A stretch of 32,000 bases of DNA from Gemmata obscuriglobus (GTDB lineage: Bacteria > Planctomycetota > Planctomycetia > Gemmatales > Gemmataceae), in contig NZ_CP042911.1 of the NCBI RefSeq assembly GCF_008065095.1, positions 3,390,001 through 3,422,000 on the forward strand, in the 5' to 3' direction. A model generated the notes under the pieces. The model made no database searches and had not been told where the DNA came from. It saw only the letters and a list, made by a program, of their open reading frames with translations. Positions 24,126 to 32,000 of this stretch are shown here, piece by piece. A program made the translations under genes and the position numbers. How positions within the stretch are numbered: the first letter of the stretch is position 1; every line of letters starts with the position of its first letter.

Positions 24126-24590
24126 TTATTTGCTCAAATCGCTTTCCAGGTCCGAGATCCGAACTTCGCGTTCGCCCATCGGGTCCCCGTCGGTGATCCG
24201 ATCCCAGCCGTTCGCACCGTAATCCGCGGACCACCCGCCGTCTCGCTCCATCTCACGCTGGCAGTCCACGCAGAACGTGCTGAATGGCAGGGCGTTCAGG
24301 CGGGCAACAGGGATCTTGATCGAGCACACCTCGCACTTGCCGTAAGTCCCCGCTTTGAGCCGGCGGAGCGCACGCTCGATCTGCGCCAGCTCTTTTGCCT
24401 CAAGTTCTGCCAATGTGGACGAAATTTCCTCACCACTCGCGTCAAACGCCGCATCCGCCGCGTCGCCCGAAGCGGATGAATGCTTGACGTGGGCCAGTTC
24501 TTCGAGTTCAAGGCCGAGCCGCTTACGGAGTTCCGTGCGGCGTGTGATCAGACTCTTATGAAGTCGCAGTAATGCGTCTTGGCGAGCCAT
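24126..24590 (-). CDS. dksA: DksA/TraR-family C4 zinc-finger protein
   Basis: 154 aa. Coiled-coil N-terminal part and CEVCSIKIPVARLNALPFSTFCVDCQ (CxxC-x17-CxxC). Confidence 0.8.
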   Translation of the reverse strand: MARQDALLRLHKSLITRRTELRKRLGLELEELAHVKHSSASGDAADAAFDASGEEISSTLAELEAKELAQIERALRRLKAGTYGKCEVCSIKIPVARLNALPFSTFCVDCQREMERDGGWSADYGANGWDRITDGDPMGEREVRISDLESDLSK

Positions 24591-25161
24591 GGTGTTGTAC
24601 CTCCCGGGGGTTCAACATGCTTACGGTCGTAACTATTGGATCCTGTGCGTTTTAGATCAGGCTCACCGGGCATAAGATTCGCGCAGTTTCAATTAGCTCT
24701 GCGTCAGGTCTATTTCCCGGTCGGATAGTGAAGTATAGGCGCCGACCAAGTGTACCTTTCACCGAACAGGATCAGATTCTGAAGGGTCGGTGCAAAAAGC
24801 AATGCACGATGCGTGCCATACCGGAGTCTTGACGCCGATTCCGTGCCAGTATAATCGTCGGCAACCGCAAATAGTTTCAGTATTTCAGACGAATATGCCC
24901 AAGTTTCGTTGGTGTCGTGCGCGTTGTGCCAATGGTAATGTGTGAATTAGGGCGTAGGCGAAAAGTCAACTGTTGGCGATAGTTGTCTGTATGGCCAGAG
25001 ACGCGACCAAGTAGTTCGGTTGCGAAATGTCCAGAAATGCAGCATGCCGGGTGCAAAATTGCACGACCAGGAGGATTGAAATTCCCGCTCGAGTCAACAA
25101 CGCAGTGGCGAAACGGATCTGACCGCTCGCCATCCCGCGTATTATCTTGATCTGAAAGACT

Positions 25162-26265
25162 TTACGACTGAAGGTTTTGGAGCATTTCACGAAGCGGAAC
25201 CAGTCGCTGCCCGCGCACGTCTTCGATCTTAAGCGCCTTGAGGAACCGACGCCGTAACTCGCTTTGGAGGTCCTCAATGGCGCTCGGCGCGGTGCTGGAA
25301 AGCGGAATGCTACCGCCTGCGCGGCGGTCGTGTCCGCCGGCACGACCCAACTTACCGACCACCTGGCGGAGGATCTCGCCCGCTCTCGCATTCTCAATGG
25401 CCGAGCGTACCGAGAGTATGAGTGAGTCCTCGTACACCCCGCCGCAAAATGCGTAATCCACGCGCTCGAACCGGATCATGAAGTCCACGACTTCTGCGGC
25501 CTGTTCGGGTTGCGGGAGCGGGTTGACCCAACTCATCATGAGCCGGTCGTAAATGAAGGAGCTTTGCATCGCCTGGAGCGTGCATTCAAAGTACGAGTGT
25601 GGGAGCCGGGCGTTGCGGATCCGCGCAATGATGTCCTTGTCGGCGATGGGGTACAACGCGATCAGTGCCGCGTCGTCGGACGAACTGGCCTCTCGCGGGA
25701 AGCCGGTCACTTCCGTTTCGATCCCGTAGAGGAGAGCGGTGGCGACCTTTTCCGGGATCGGGGCGCCTTGCTCCAACAGGTACTTGGTAACGAGCGTGCA
25801 GGTGGCCCCGTGTGCGGACCGGATGTCTGTGAACGTCACGCCTTCGAGGTCACCGGGGGTGTCGTGGTGGTCCAGGACGGCGTACAACTTCACCGAGTCG
25901 GGGAACGTGTGGCGCCCGGTGCGGGGTTGGCTGTCGACCATGACAACCGCGTCGTTCGGCCCCCAGTTCATCTTTTCAACGGGCACCAGATCGAGGCGGA
26001 GCACGTCCACCATCGCGCGGTTTTCGGCACGGCTGATCAGCCCGTCGCGGGTAATGAGGGTGGGCTTTCCGAGTCGCGTTTCGACGAGGTGGGCGAGCCC
26101 CAACATGCTGCCGAGACTGTCGGGGTCCGGCTGAACGTGTGAGACGAAGATAACGCGGTCGAAAGACGAGAGACCGAGGAGAAACCGGTCCGAGCGTCGC
26201 AAACCGGTGGACGACGTTTTCAGGTTCGGGCTGCTACTGTCCGGGTCGGCGCTACGGCGCGCCAT
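25162..26265 (-). CDS. DHH/DHHA1-family phosphoesterase (NrnA-like candidate)
   Basis: Probable start is M59 of track ORF 25162..26439 (ATG at 26265, AGAGGA upstream). Motifs HVQPDPDSLGS, VMVDSQ, VLDHHD, GATCTLV and a C-terminal GRAGGH. Confidence 0.8.
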   Translation of the reverse strand: MARRSADPDSSSPNLKTSSTGLRRSDRFLLGLSSFDRVIFVSHVQPDPDSLGSMLGLAHLVETRLGKPTLITRDGLISRAENRAMVDVLRLDLVPVEKMNWGPNDAVVMVDSQPRTGRHTFPDSVKLYAVLDHHDTPGDLEGVTFTDIRSAHGATCTLVTKYLLEQGAPIPEKVATALLYGIETEVTGFPREASSSDDAALIALYPIADKDIIARIRNARLPHSYFECTLQAMQSSFIYDRLMMSWVNPLPQPEQAAEVVDFMIRFERVDYAFCGGVYEDSLILSVRSAIENARAGEILRQVVGKLGRAGGHDRRAGGSIPLSSTAPSAIEDLQSELRRRFLKALKIEDVRGQRLVPLREMLQNLQS

Positions 26266-26617
26266 GGGTGTGGTCCTCTGATACAAGCGGACACGCACGC
26301 TCCGTGTGCAGCGCGTTCGCCGGGGAGGGCGGTGGGCCGTTCCGAATGCCCCGTACCGTTCTACCTTACGACCGGGGCGTTGCCAAGCACGGATCAGGCC
26401 AGCGGATGCGAGAGCCGCCTGGGACATTCTACAGAACAAATGGCCGCGCGAAGAACGTGGGTGCCGCGGGATTCTCGATGAGAGAAGTATGAGTGGCTGT
26501 CACGCGAGCGCCGCATGGGAATGGCCGTTACCGGGGACCTGTCCCGGATCGACAAATGTGTGATTAGCCGCGGGCCTGGTCGGACGCGGGCCCGGAACGT
26601 TTCTTCGGAGCCTGCCC

Positions 26618-27166
26618 TCAGCCGCCGGCCGCTTTCTTCGCCAACTCTCGGAGCTTGAGGACGGTGTTCCAGTTGCGGGCGGTGTTCGGTACGCCGATGC
26701 CCTTGTCGAACTTCTCACCCAACTTCGATGTGCCCAGACCGAACGGGGTGTGCAGGTACACGACGCCCCCGACGAGTTCGATCGCTTCACCTTCGACCGC
26801 GTGCGTTCGTAGCGCTTCGAGCGATTCCGCTTTCGGCACCTCACCCAGGACCACGGCGTGGACGTGCTTCCCTTCTTTGAAGTCGGGGAACGGGTTGTTC
26901 GCGATTAGCGCTTCCCACTCTTCCAGGGTCGGGGCGTAGATCGCTTTCGTGAAGCCGAACTTCTCCTCGCAGAGTTTTGCTGCGGTGGCAATCACTTGCT
27001 TCCGAGCGAGGTGGCTGCGGAGGACGGCGTTGCCGCTGTTGATGTACGTGGCAACGTTCTCGAACCCCGCTCCCGTCAGAGCCGCGCGCAGCGGGGCGAC
27101 GGGAAGTTGTGTGGCGCCTCCGACACCTCGGAACAAGATGATGTACGCAGTTTTCGGTTTCGGCAT
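26618..27166 (-). CDS. DUF1697-family protein
   Basis: 182 aa. N-terminus YIILFRGVGGATQLPVAPLRAALTGAGFENVATYINSGNAVL matches the DUF1697 pattern as I remember it. Confidence 0.7.
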   Translation of the reverse strand: MPKPKTAYIILFRGVGGATQLPVAPLRAALTGAGFENVATYINSGNAVLRSHLARKQVIATAAKLCEEKFGFTKAIYAPTLEEWEALIANNPFPDFKEGKHVHAVVLGEVPKAESLEALRTHAVEGEAIELVGGVVYLHTPFGLGTSKLGEKFDKGIGVPNTARNWNTVLKLRELAKKAAGG

Positions 27167-27276
27167 GGGGCCGATTTTACGGGACTGGTAGGGGCTTCGA
27201 CCCAGGGCTCCGCAAATTCACACACGACCGCCTGGGCGATCGTGGCTCGTCAAGAAAAGCGGCCACGGTTGCGCAT

Positions 27277-29211
27277 TTAGGTCGGGCGGGTGAGCGGGCG
27301 TGCGGCAAGAACCACGGCGGCTTCGCCCGGGATCTGCCAGTTGTCGTCGGTGTCGAGCGGGGCGGTTCCTTGGCCGCCGTATTTCGGTGCCTCGCTCGAC
27401 CAGATCGGGTGCCAGTGCGCGTCCACGTCCGGGGGGGCCAGGAGCGGTTCCGGGGCCGGGTCCAGGTGCAGGTCGCGCCCCAGGTTCACGACCAGCAGCC
27501 GGTCGCCGCCCGCGGGGACGAAGAAGCGGAGCACGAACGCCGACGCGCTCAGGACGGCGCCGTCAACGACCGCCGAGCGGAACGCGGGGTCGGTTTTCCG
27601 GAGCTTGAGCAGGTCGGCGTGGAGCGCGAGCCACTCCGGGCGGGAGTCGCGCTCCGCCGGATCGAGCTTCGACCGTTCGAACGTCTTCGGGTCCGCCGGG
27701 TCCGGGATCAGGCTCATGCCGTCCGGCCCGGCCTGGCTGCGGAAGCGGCGCATCGCCTCGCGGCGCCCGTTGAACACCAGCGCCGCGAGTTCGGGGTGGT
27801 GGTCGGCGAAGTACAGGAACGGGCGCGTGCTGGCGTACTCCTGCCCCTGGAACAGCATCGGGGTCGACGGGATGAGGAGCAGGTACGCGGTCAGCGCGCG
27901 GAACCGGGCCGGGCTGGTCAACTGGTTCACGCGGTGCCCGCGCCCGGAGTTCGCCACCTGGTCGTGGTTCTCCAGGAACGCCACGAACCGGTGGCGTGGG
28001 ATGTCGAACGCCGGGCGGCCGCGGCGCCGGTTGTGCCAGCGGTACTGCTGCCCCTGGTACAGGAACCCGTATTTCGCGGCGCTCACGAGTTCTTGCGGCG
28101 TGCCGCTGTAGTCCATGAAGTATCCTTCGTTCTTACCGCTGAGAGCGACCCGCGCGGCGTGGTGCAGGTCGTCGTTCCAGATGGCGTCGAGCCCGCACCC
28201 GCCGTTCTCCGGGGGCCGCACTAGGTTCGCGTCCTGCGGCTCGTTCTCGCCCATAACGTAGATGGTGCGCCGGCCCGCCGCGGCCCGCGCCCGGCGGGCG
28301 ATCTCGGTGAGGATGTGAGTCGGCGAGTCGTCGTAAATGGCCTGGGTCGCGTCGAGCCGCAGCCCGTCGATGTGGAACTCCTCGACCCAGTACGCGGCGT
28401 TCGCGATGAAGAACTCGCGCACCGGCCCGGAGTCGGGGCCATCGAAGTTGAACGGCTCGCCCCACTCGGTTTTGTGAACCGTGCTGAGGAACTGCGGGGC
28501 GAACTCGCGGATGTAGTTCCCGTCCGGGCCGAAGTGGTTGTACACCACGTCGAGGATCACCCCCAGCCCGAGGGCGTGGGCGGCGTCGACGAACCGCCGG
28601 AAGTCGTCCGGGGCGCCGTACAGCCGGGTGGGGGCGAACAAGCAGGTGCCGTCGTAGCCCCAGCCGAAGTGCCCCGGGAAGTCCGCGACCGGCATCACCT
28701 CCACGGCGGTGACGCCGAGTTCCGCGAGCTGCGGGAGCCGCGCCGCTGCCGCCGCGAACGTGCCCTCGGGGGTGAACGTGCCGATGTGCATTTCGTAGAG
28801 CACCTGGCCTTCGTCGGTGATGCCGGGCCAGCCCGCGTCGGTCCATTCGAAGCGCGTGTGGTCGACGACCTGTGACGGGCCGTGCGGGCCGCTGGGCTGG
28901 AACCGCGACGCCGGGTCGGGGAACAGCGACGACCCGCCGTCCAACTGGAGCCGGTAACGCGCGCCGTCGCCGATCCCCGCGGCGAACCCGGAGAAGTACC
29001 CGTCGGGCTCGCGCGTGAGTTCGATCGGGGGGCCGGCTTCCGGCACAACTTCGACCCGCGAGCGGATCGGCGCCCAGACGCGGAAGTGGGTGCCGTCGGT
29101 TGTGAGCTCGGCCCCGACCGGGAACCGGCGAACGTAATCGGACGCCATTGCTCTCCTCAAGCTCTGTGGACCAGTGCGTTCGCCCGTGCTCGCGGGGCTG
29201 GCCCGCGTCAC
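27277..29211 (-). CDS. treZ: malto-oligosyltrehalose trehalohydrolase (GH13)
   Basis: Likely start is M22 at 29148 (MASDYVRRFPVGAEL...THFRVWAP). GH13 regions VILDVVYNHFGPDG, GLRLDA, GENEP and WNDDLHH. Lies directly downstream of treY. Confidence 0.9.
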   Translation of the reverse strand: MTRASPASTGERTGPQSLRRAMASDYVRRFPVGAELTTDGTHFRVWAPIRSRVEVVPEAGPPIELTREPDGYFSGFAAGIGDGARYRLQLDGGSSLFPDPASRFQPSGPHGPSQVVDHTRFEWTDAGWPGITDEGQVLYEMHIGTFTPEGTFAAAAARLPQLAELGVTAVEVMPVADFPGHFGWGYDGTCLFAPTRLYGAPDDFRRFVDAAHALGLGVILDVVYNHFGPDGNYIREFAPQFLSTVHKTEWGEPFNFDGPDSGPVREFFIANAAYWVEEFHIDGLRLDATQAIYDDSPTHILTEIARRARAAAGRRTIYVMGENEPQDANLVRPPENGGCGLDAIWNDDLHHAARVALSGKNEGYFMDYSGTPQELVSAAKYGFLYQGQQYRWHNRRRGRPAFDIPRHRFVAFLENHDQVANSGRGHRVNQLTSPARFRALTAYLLLIPSTPMLFQGQEYASTRPFLYFADHHPELAALVFNGRREAMRRFRSQAGPDGMSLIPDPADPKTFERSKLDPAERDSRPEWLALHADLLKLRKTDPAFRSAVVDGAVLSASAFVLRFFVPAGGDRLLVVNLGRDLHLDPAPEPLLAPPDVDAHWHPIWSSEAPKYGGQGTAPLDTDDNWQIPGEAAVVLAARPLTRPT

Positions 29212-29240
29212 GGGTGTGTCGCATCACATGGGGGCCGGAA

Positions 29241-32000
29241 TCAGGTTCCTGTATCGCAGATGAGCAGCGCTACCGGGAACCCCTTGAGCACTTCAGACAG
29301 CGGAAGCTGTGCGTCGCGAGAGCTAATTAACTCACCGGTGAGCAGGTTCTTCCATGCCGCGTCGGCCCACTCCGACGGGAGCGTTAGCGCGGTGCCCCCC
29401 CAGCCGTCACGGAGGGACGCCGGGAGCCGCGTCGTCACCACCAGGGCCGCGCCGGTGCCGCTGGTGCGCAAGAACGCGAACGCGTTGGCGCCGCGCTCGC
29501 CGGTCGCCTCAACGGGCACGTAATCGCCGTGGGCGAACAGCTCCTGCTGGTCGCGGCGACACCGGAGCGCGGTGGCGGTGACGAACAGCTTCGCGCGCGG
29601 GTCGGCGAGGTTGCGCGCTAGGTCCGCCGCGGCGGTGCCCTGTGTGTCGAGTTCGTGCAGCCAGCTCGCGCGGGCGGTGTAATCGACCGGCCGGCGGTTG
29701 TCGGGATCGACGAGCGAGAGGTCCCAGCTCTCGGTCCCCTGGTAGGTGTCGGGCACGCCCGGCGCGGTACAGCGGATCAGGGTCTGGGCCAGGGAGTTGA
29801 TCCGCCCGAGTCCCGCGACGCGGTCCGCGAACTCGTCCAGCTCCAGGAGGAACGTGTCCGATTGCTGCGGGTCGAGTGTGCGGTCGATGAACGCCGCGAC
29901 CGCGGCCTCGTACTCCGCGTTCGGGTTGATCCAGCTCGTGTGGACTTTAGCCTCGGCGAGGGCCTTCTTCATGTAGTCGCGGATGCGCTGCCGGAACTCG
30001 TCCGACACGCCCGCGCGGCCGGGCCAGGCGCCGACGAGCGTCTGGTACAGGAGGTACTCCTCGTTCGCGTCCGGTGCGAGCCGGTCGTCCACTTCGGTCT
30101 TGTGAGCGCGGTTGTACCCGGACCAGCGCGACACGTGCTGCGTCCACTCCGCCGTCAGTTCCGAGAGGACGTTGAGGCGCGCGCGCACGTCCTCGCCGCG
30201 CTTGGTGTCGTGGGTGGAGAGCGGCGACAACCCGCCGGGGGCCGCGGCCCGCGCGTGCAGGAACGCGTGGACCTGCTCGGGCTTCCACCCGAACTTGCCG
30301 GGCTCGCCGCCCACCTCGTTGAGCGACACCAGCCGGTTGAACACGTAGAACGCGGTGTCCTCAACGCCTTTGGCGGCCACCGGCGAGGTGACCTGCTGAA
30401 ACTTCCCGGCGAACCGGCGCTGCAGCGCGTGGTACTCCTCCGAAGCCGGTCCGCTCGGCGAATCCTTCAGCAGAACGGTGTCGCGGATAAAGTCGAACAC
30501 GGCCTTCCCGAGCACCGGGTTGCGCCGGTACGCCCAGCGCGTGGCCTTGCCCACCACCGCTTTGTCCGTGTCGCCGACTGAGCCGTTCACGTAAGAGCGG
30601 TACACCGGGAAACACGCGACCACCTCGCGGAGCGCCTTTCGGATGCCGTTGAGGGTGAAGTCGCGGCTCCGGCGGTCGAGCCGGGCGATGCGGTCCAGTT
30701 GATGGGCCAGCGCGTTCAACTCGCTCGCGAGCGCGCCCTGTGTCGCCTGCCGCTTCGACCGGTACACCACCTCCGGCCACGGGTCGTCGAGGCCGGTGAA
30801 CTGCTGATAGAAGTTGGTGAGCGCCCCTTCGCTCGCGGGATCGACGAACAGCCCGTTGAGCGCGTGAATGAACTCGTACCCCGTGGTCCCCGCGCACTCC
30901 CAGGCGGCGGGCAGCTCCTCACCGTCGCCCAGGATTTTCTCCACGACGACGTAGAGCCCACCGGCCCCGTTGTGGCCCGTGCCGTCGTCGGTCGGCCCGG
31001 GCGGCGTGCGTCCCACGCTCGTCTGAAGGCGCGCGAGGTACTCTTTCGGATCGAACAGCCCGTCCGGGTGGTCGATGCGCAGCCCGTCGGCAATGCCCTC
31101 ACGGAGCCACCGGAACCAGGTGGAGTGGACGGCGGCGAACACCTCCCGGCGCTCGGTGCTGAGGGCTGCCAGGTCGTTCACATCGAAGAACCGGCGGTAG
31201 TTGATTTCGTCCGAAGCGACCCGCCAGAAGCACGGCCGGTACGCCTGGGCCTCAAGCAACTCGTCCAGCGCCGCGAAGCTGGTCGGATCGCCCGGCGTGC
31301 CCGCCAGTTTCGTCAGCGTGCCGGCAACGGCCGCCGCCGCTTCCGGGAACCGTTCGGCGAGTTCGCTTAAGCGGCGGCGGATCGCGATCACCTCCAGCCG
31401 GCCTTCCGCTTGTCGGGCCTCGTCGGGATCGGTTCGCGGGGGGAGCCCCTGAACGGCGTGTAGGATGCTGGCGAGTTCGATCGCGGACGGGTGCTCAGCG
31501 CCGTGCCGCTCGCGCACGTCCCGGGACGCCGGGGCGAGCACCTGTCCGTAGGTGCGTGGGTCGAGGGGGAGCCGGTTGTCGTGAACGCGAACATGGAACC
31601 CGCCCTCTTCGAACACCGGCTGGAACTCGCCCGACTCCAGCACCGCACCATACTGGTCGCCGAGGACCGGCAGGAGCAGACGGCCGGCCATTTGCGGGCG
31701 GGGCGAGTCGTGCCACGCGATGTCGAAGGCCGCCGCAAAGGACGACGCAGGGCCGTGTTCGAGCACGTCCGCCCACCACGCGTTCCCGGTCCCCACGCTC
31801 ATGTGGTTGGGCACGGCGTCGAGGAGCAGCCCCATGCCGCGGTCGCGCAGCGCGCGGGAAAGTTCTGCGAGGTCGGCTTCCGATCCGATTTCGGGGTTCA
31901 GCGCTGAATGGTCGAGGACATCGTACCCGTGCGTACTACCCGGTCGGGCCTTCAGGATCGGTGACGCATACAGATGCGTGACGCCGAGGGCGTGTAAATA
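29241..32000 (-). CDS. treY: malto-oligosyltrehalose synthase (GH13), N-terminus beyond the right edge
   Basis: The frame stays open upstream of the track ORF start (31835) to the window end: ...THLYASPILKARPGSTHGYDVLDHSALNPEIGSEADLAELSRALRDRGMGLLLDAVPNHM. Also has GLRIDHPDGL and the long TreY-specific C-terminal region. Confidence 0.9.
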   Translation of the reverse strand, partial: YLHALGVTHLYASPILKARPGSTHGYDVLDHSALNPEIGSEADLAELSRALRDRGMGLLLDAVPNHMSVGTGNAWWADVLEHGPASSFAAAFDIAWHDSPRPQMAGRLLLPVLGDQYGAVLESGEFQPVFEEGGFHVRVHDNRLPLDPRTYGQVLAPASRDVRERHGAEHPSAIELASILHAVQGLPPRTDPDEARQAEGRLEVIAIRRRLSELAERFPEAAAAVAGTLTKLAGTPGDPTSFAALDELLEAQAYRPCFWRVASDEINYRRFFDVNDLAALSTERREVFAAVHSTWFRWLREGIADGLRIDHPDGLFDPKEYLARLQTSVGRTPPGPTDDGTGHNGAGGLYVVVEKILGDGEELPAAWECAGTTGYEFIHALNGLFVDPASEGALTNFYQQFTGLDDPWPEVVYRSKRQATQGALASELNALAHQLDRIARLDRRSRDFTLNGIRKALREVVACFPVYRSYVNGSVGDTDKAVVGKATRWAYRRNPVLGKAVFDFIRDTVLLKDSPSGPASEEYHALQRRFAGKFQQVTSPVAAKGVEDTAFYVFNRLVSLNEVGGEPGKFGWKPEQVHAFLHARAAAPGGLSPLSTHDTKRGEDVRARLNVLSELTAEWTQHVSRWSGYNRAHKTEVDDRLAPDANEEYLLYQTLVGAWPGRAGVSDEFRQRIRDYMKKALAEAKVHTSWINPNAEYEAAVAAFIDRTLDPQQSDTFLLELDEFADRVAGLGRINSLAQTLIRCTAPGVPDTYQGTESWDLSLVDPDNRRPVDYTARASWLHELDTQGTAAADLARNLADPRAKLFVTATALRCRRDQQELFAHGDYVPVEATGERGANAFAFLRTSGTGAALVVTTRLPASLRDGWGGTALTLPSEWADAAWKNLLTGELISSRDAQLPLSEVLKGFPVALLICDTGT

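Noticed and set aside
24895-24945. 16-codon mini-ORF (MPKFRWCRARCANGNV*) downstream of the TTGACG/TATAAT motif
   Set aside because: It has no Shine-Dalgarno box, is very short, and nothing supports translation. The region is kept only as a candidate ncRNA or leader finding.
28133-29227. 364-aa alternative-frame ORF inside treZ, with similar shadow ORFs in the treY, IS66 and dehydrogenase regions
   Set aside because: These are Arg/Pro/Gly-rich shadow frames of genes with clear GH13, transposase or dehydrogenase motifs in another frame.

Overview
This is a high-GC chromosomal window. Gene content suggests Planctomycetota, possibly Gemmata-like, but that is inference only. Left block, + strand: a GT2 glycosyltransferase start (- strand, partial), then an Fe-S cluster operon iscR-iscS-iscU-iscA-hscB, a small AhpD/CMD-family gene and tRNA-Val(UAC). 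Directly 3' of the tRNA lies a ~7.7 kb accessory segment (about 4030-11900), the most interesting part of the window. It holds nine clear 78-93 bp imperfect palindromes in one orientation, plus one degenerate and one truncated copy. Each starts GCCGAAC and ends GTTCGGC. They are spaced 470-863 bp apart, and each interval holds one small + strand ORF that usually starts 15-18 nt after the repeat. This is the architecture of an integron gene-cassette array (ORF + attC). No integron integrase is present in the window, so it would be a CALIN or the integrase-distal part of a sedentary chromosomal integron. One cassette carries an apparently intact single-ORF IS66-family element with a perfect 8-bp target duplication. 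The array ends in a truncated attC-like site fused to a frameshifted IS66 transposase remnant. The cassette proteins are ORFans to my eye: three membrane or membrane-anchored proteins and several small soluble proteins. Right block, core genes: a PVC-type dehydrogenase/CxxCH heme protein, a divergent 757-aa membrane protein, recJ, a Cys-rich secreted repeat protein, an XRE regulator, a GNAT gene overlapping an Ala-rich partner gene, htrA, a dksA-like gene, a DHH phosphoesterase, DUF1697, treZ and treY (partial). All functional calls rest on motifs I recognise by eye. No HMM, BLAST or covariance-model search was possible.
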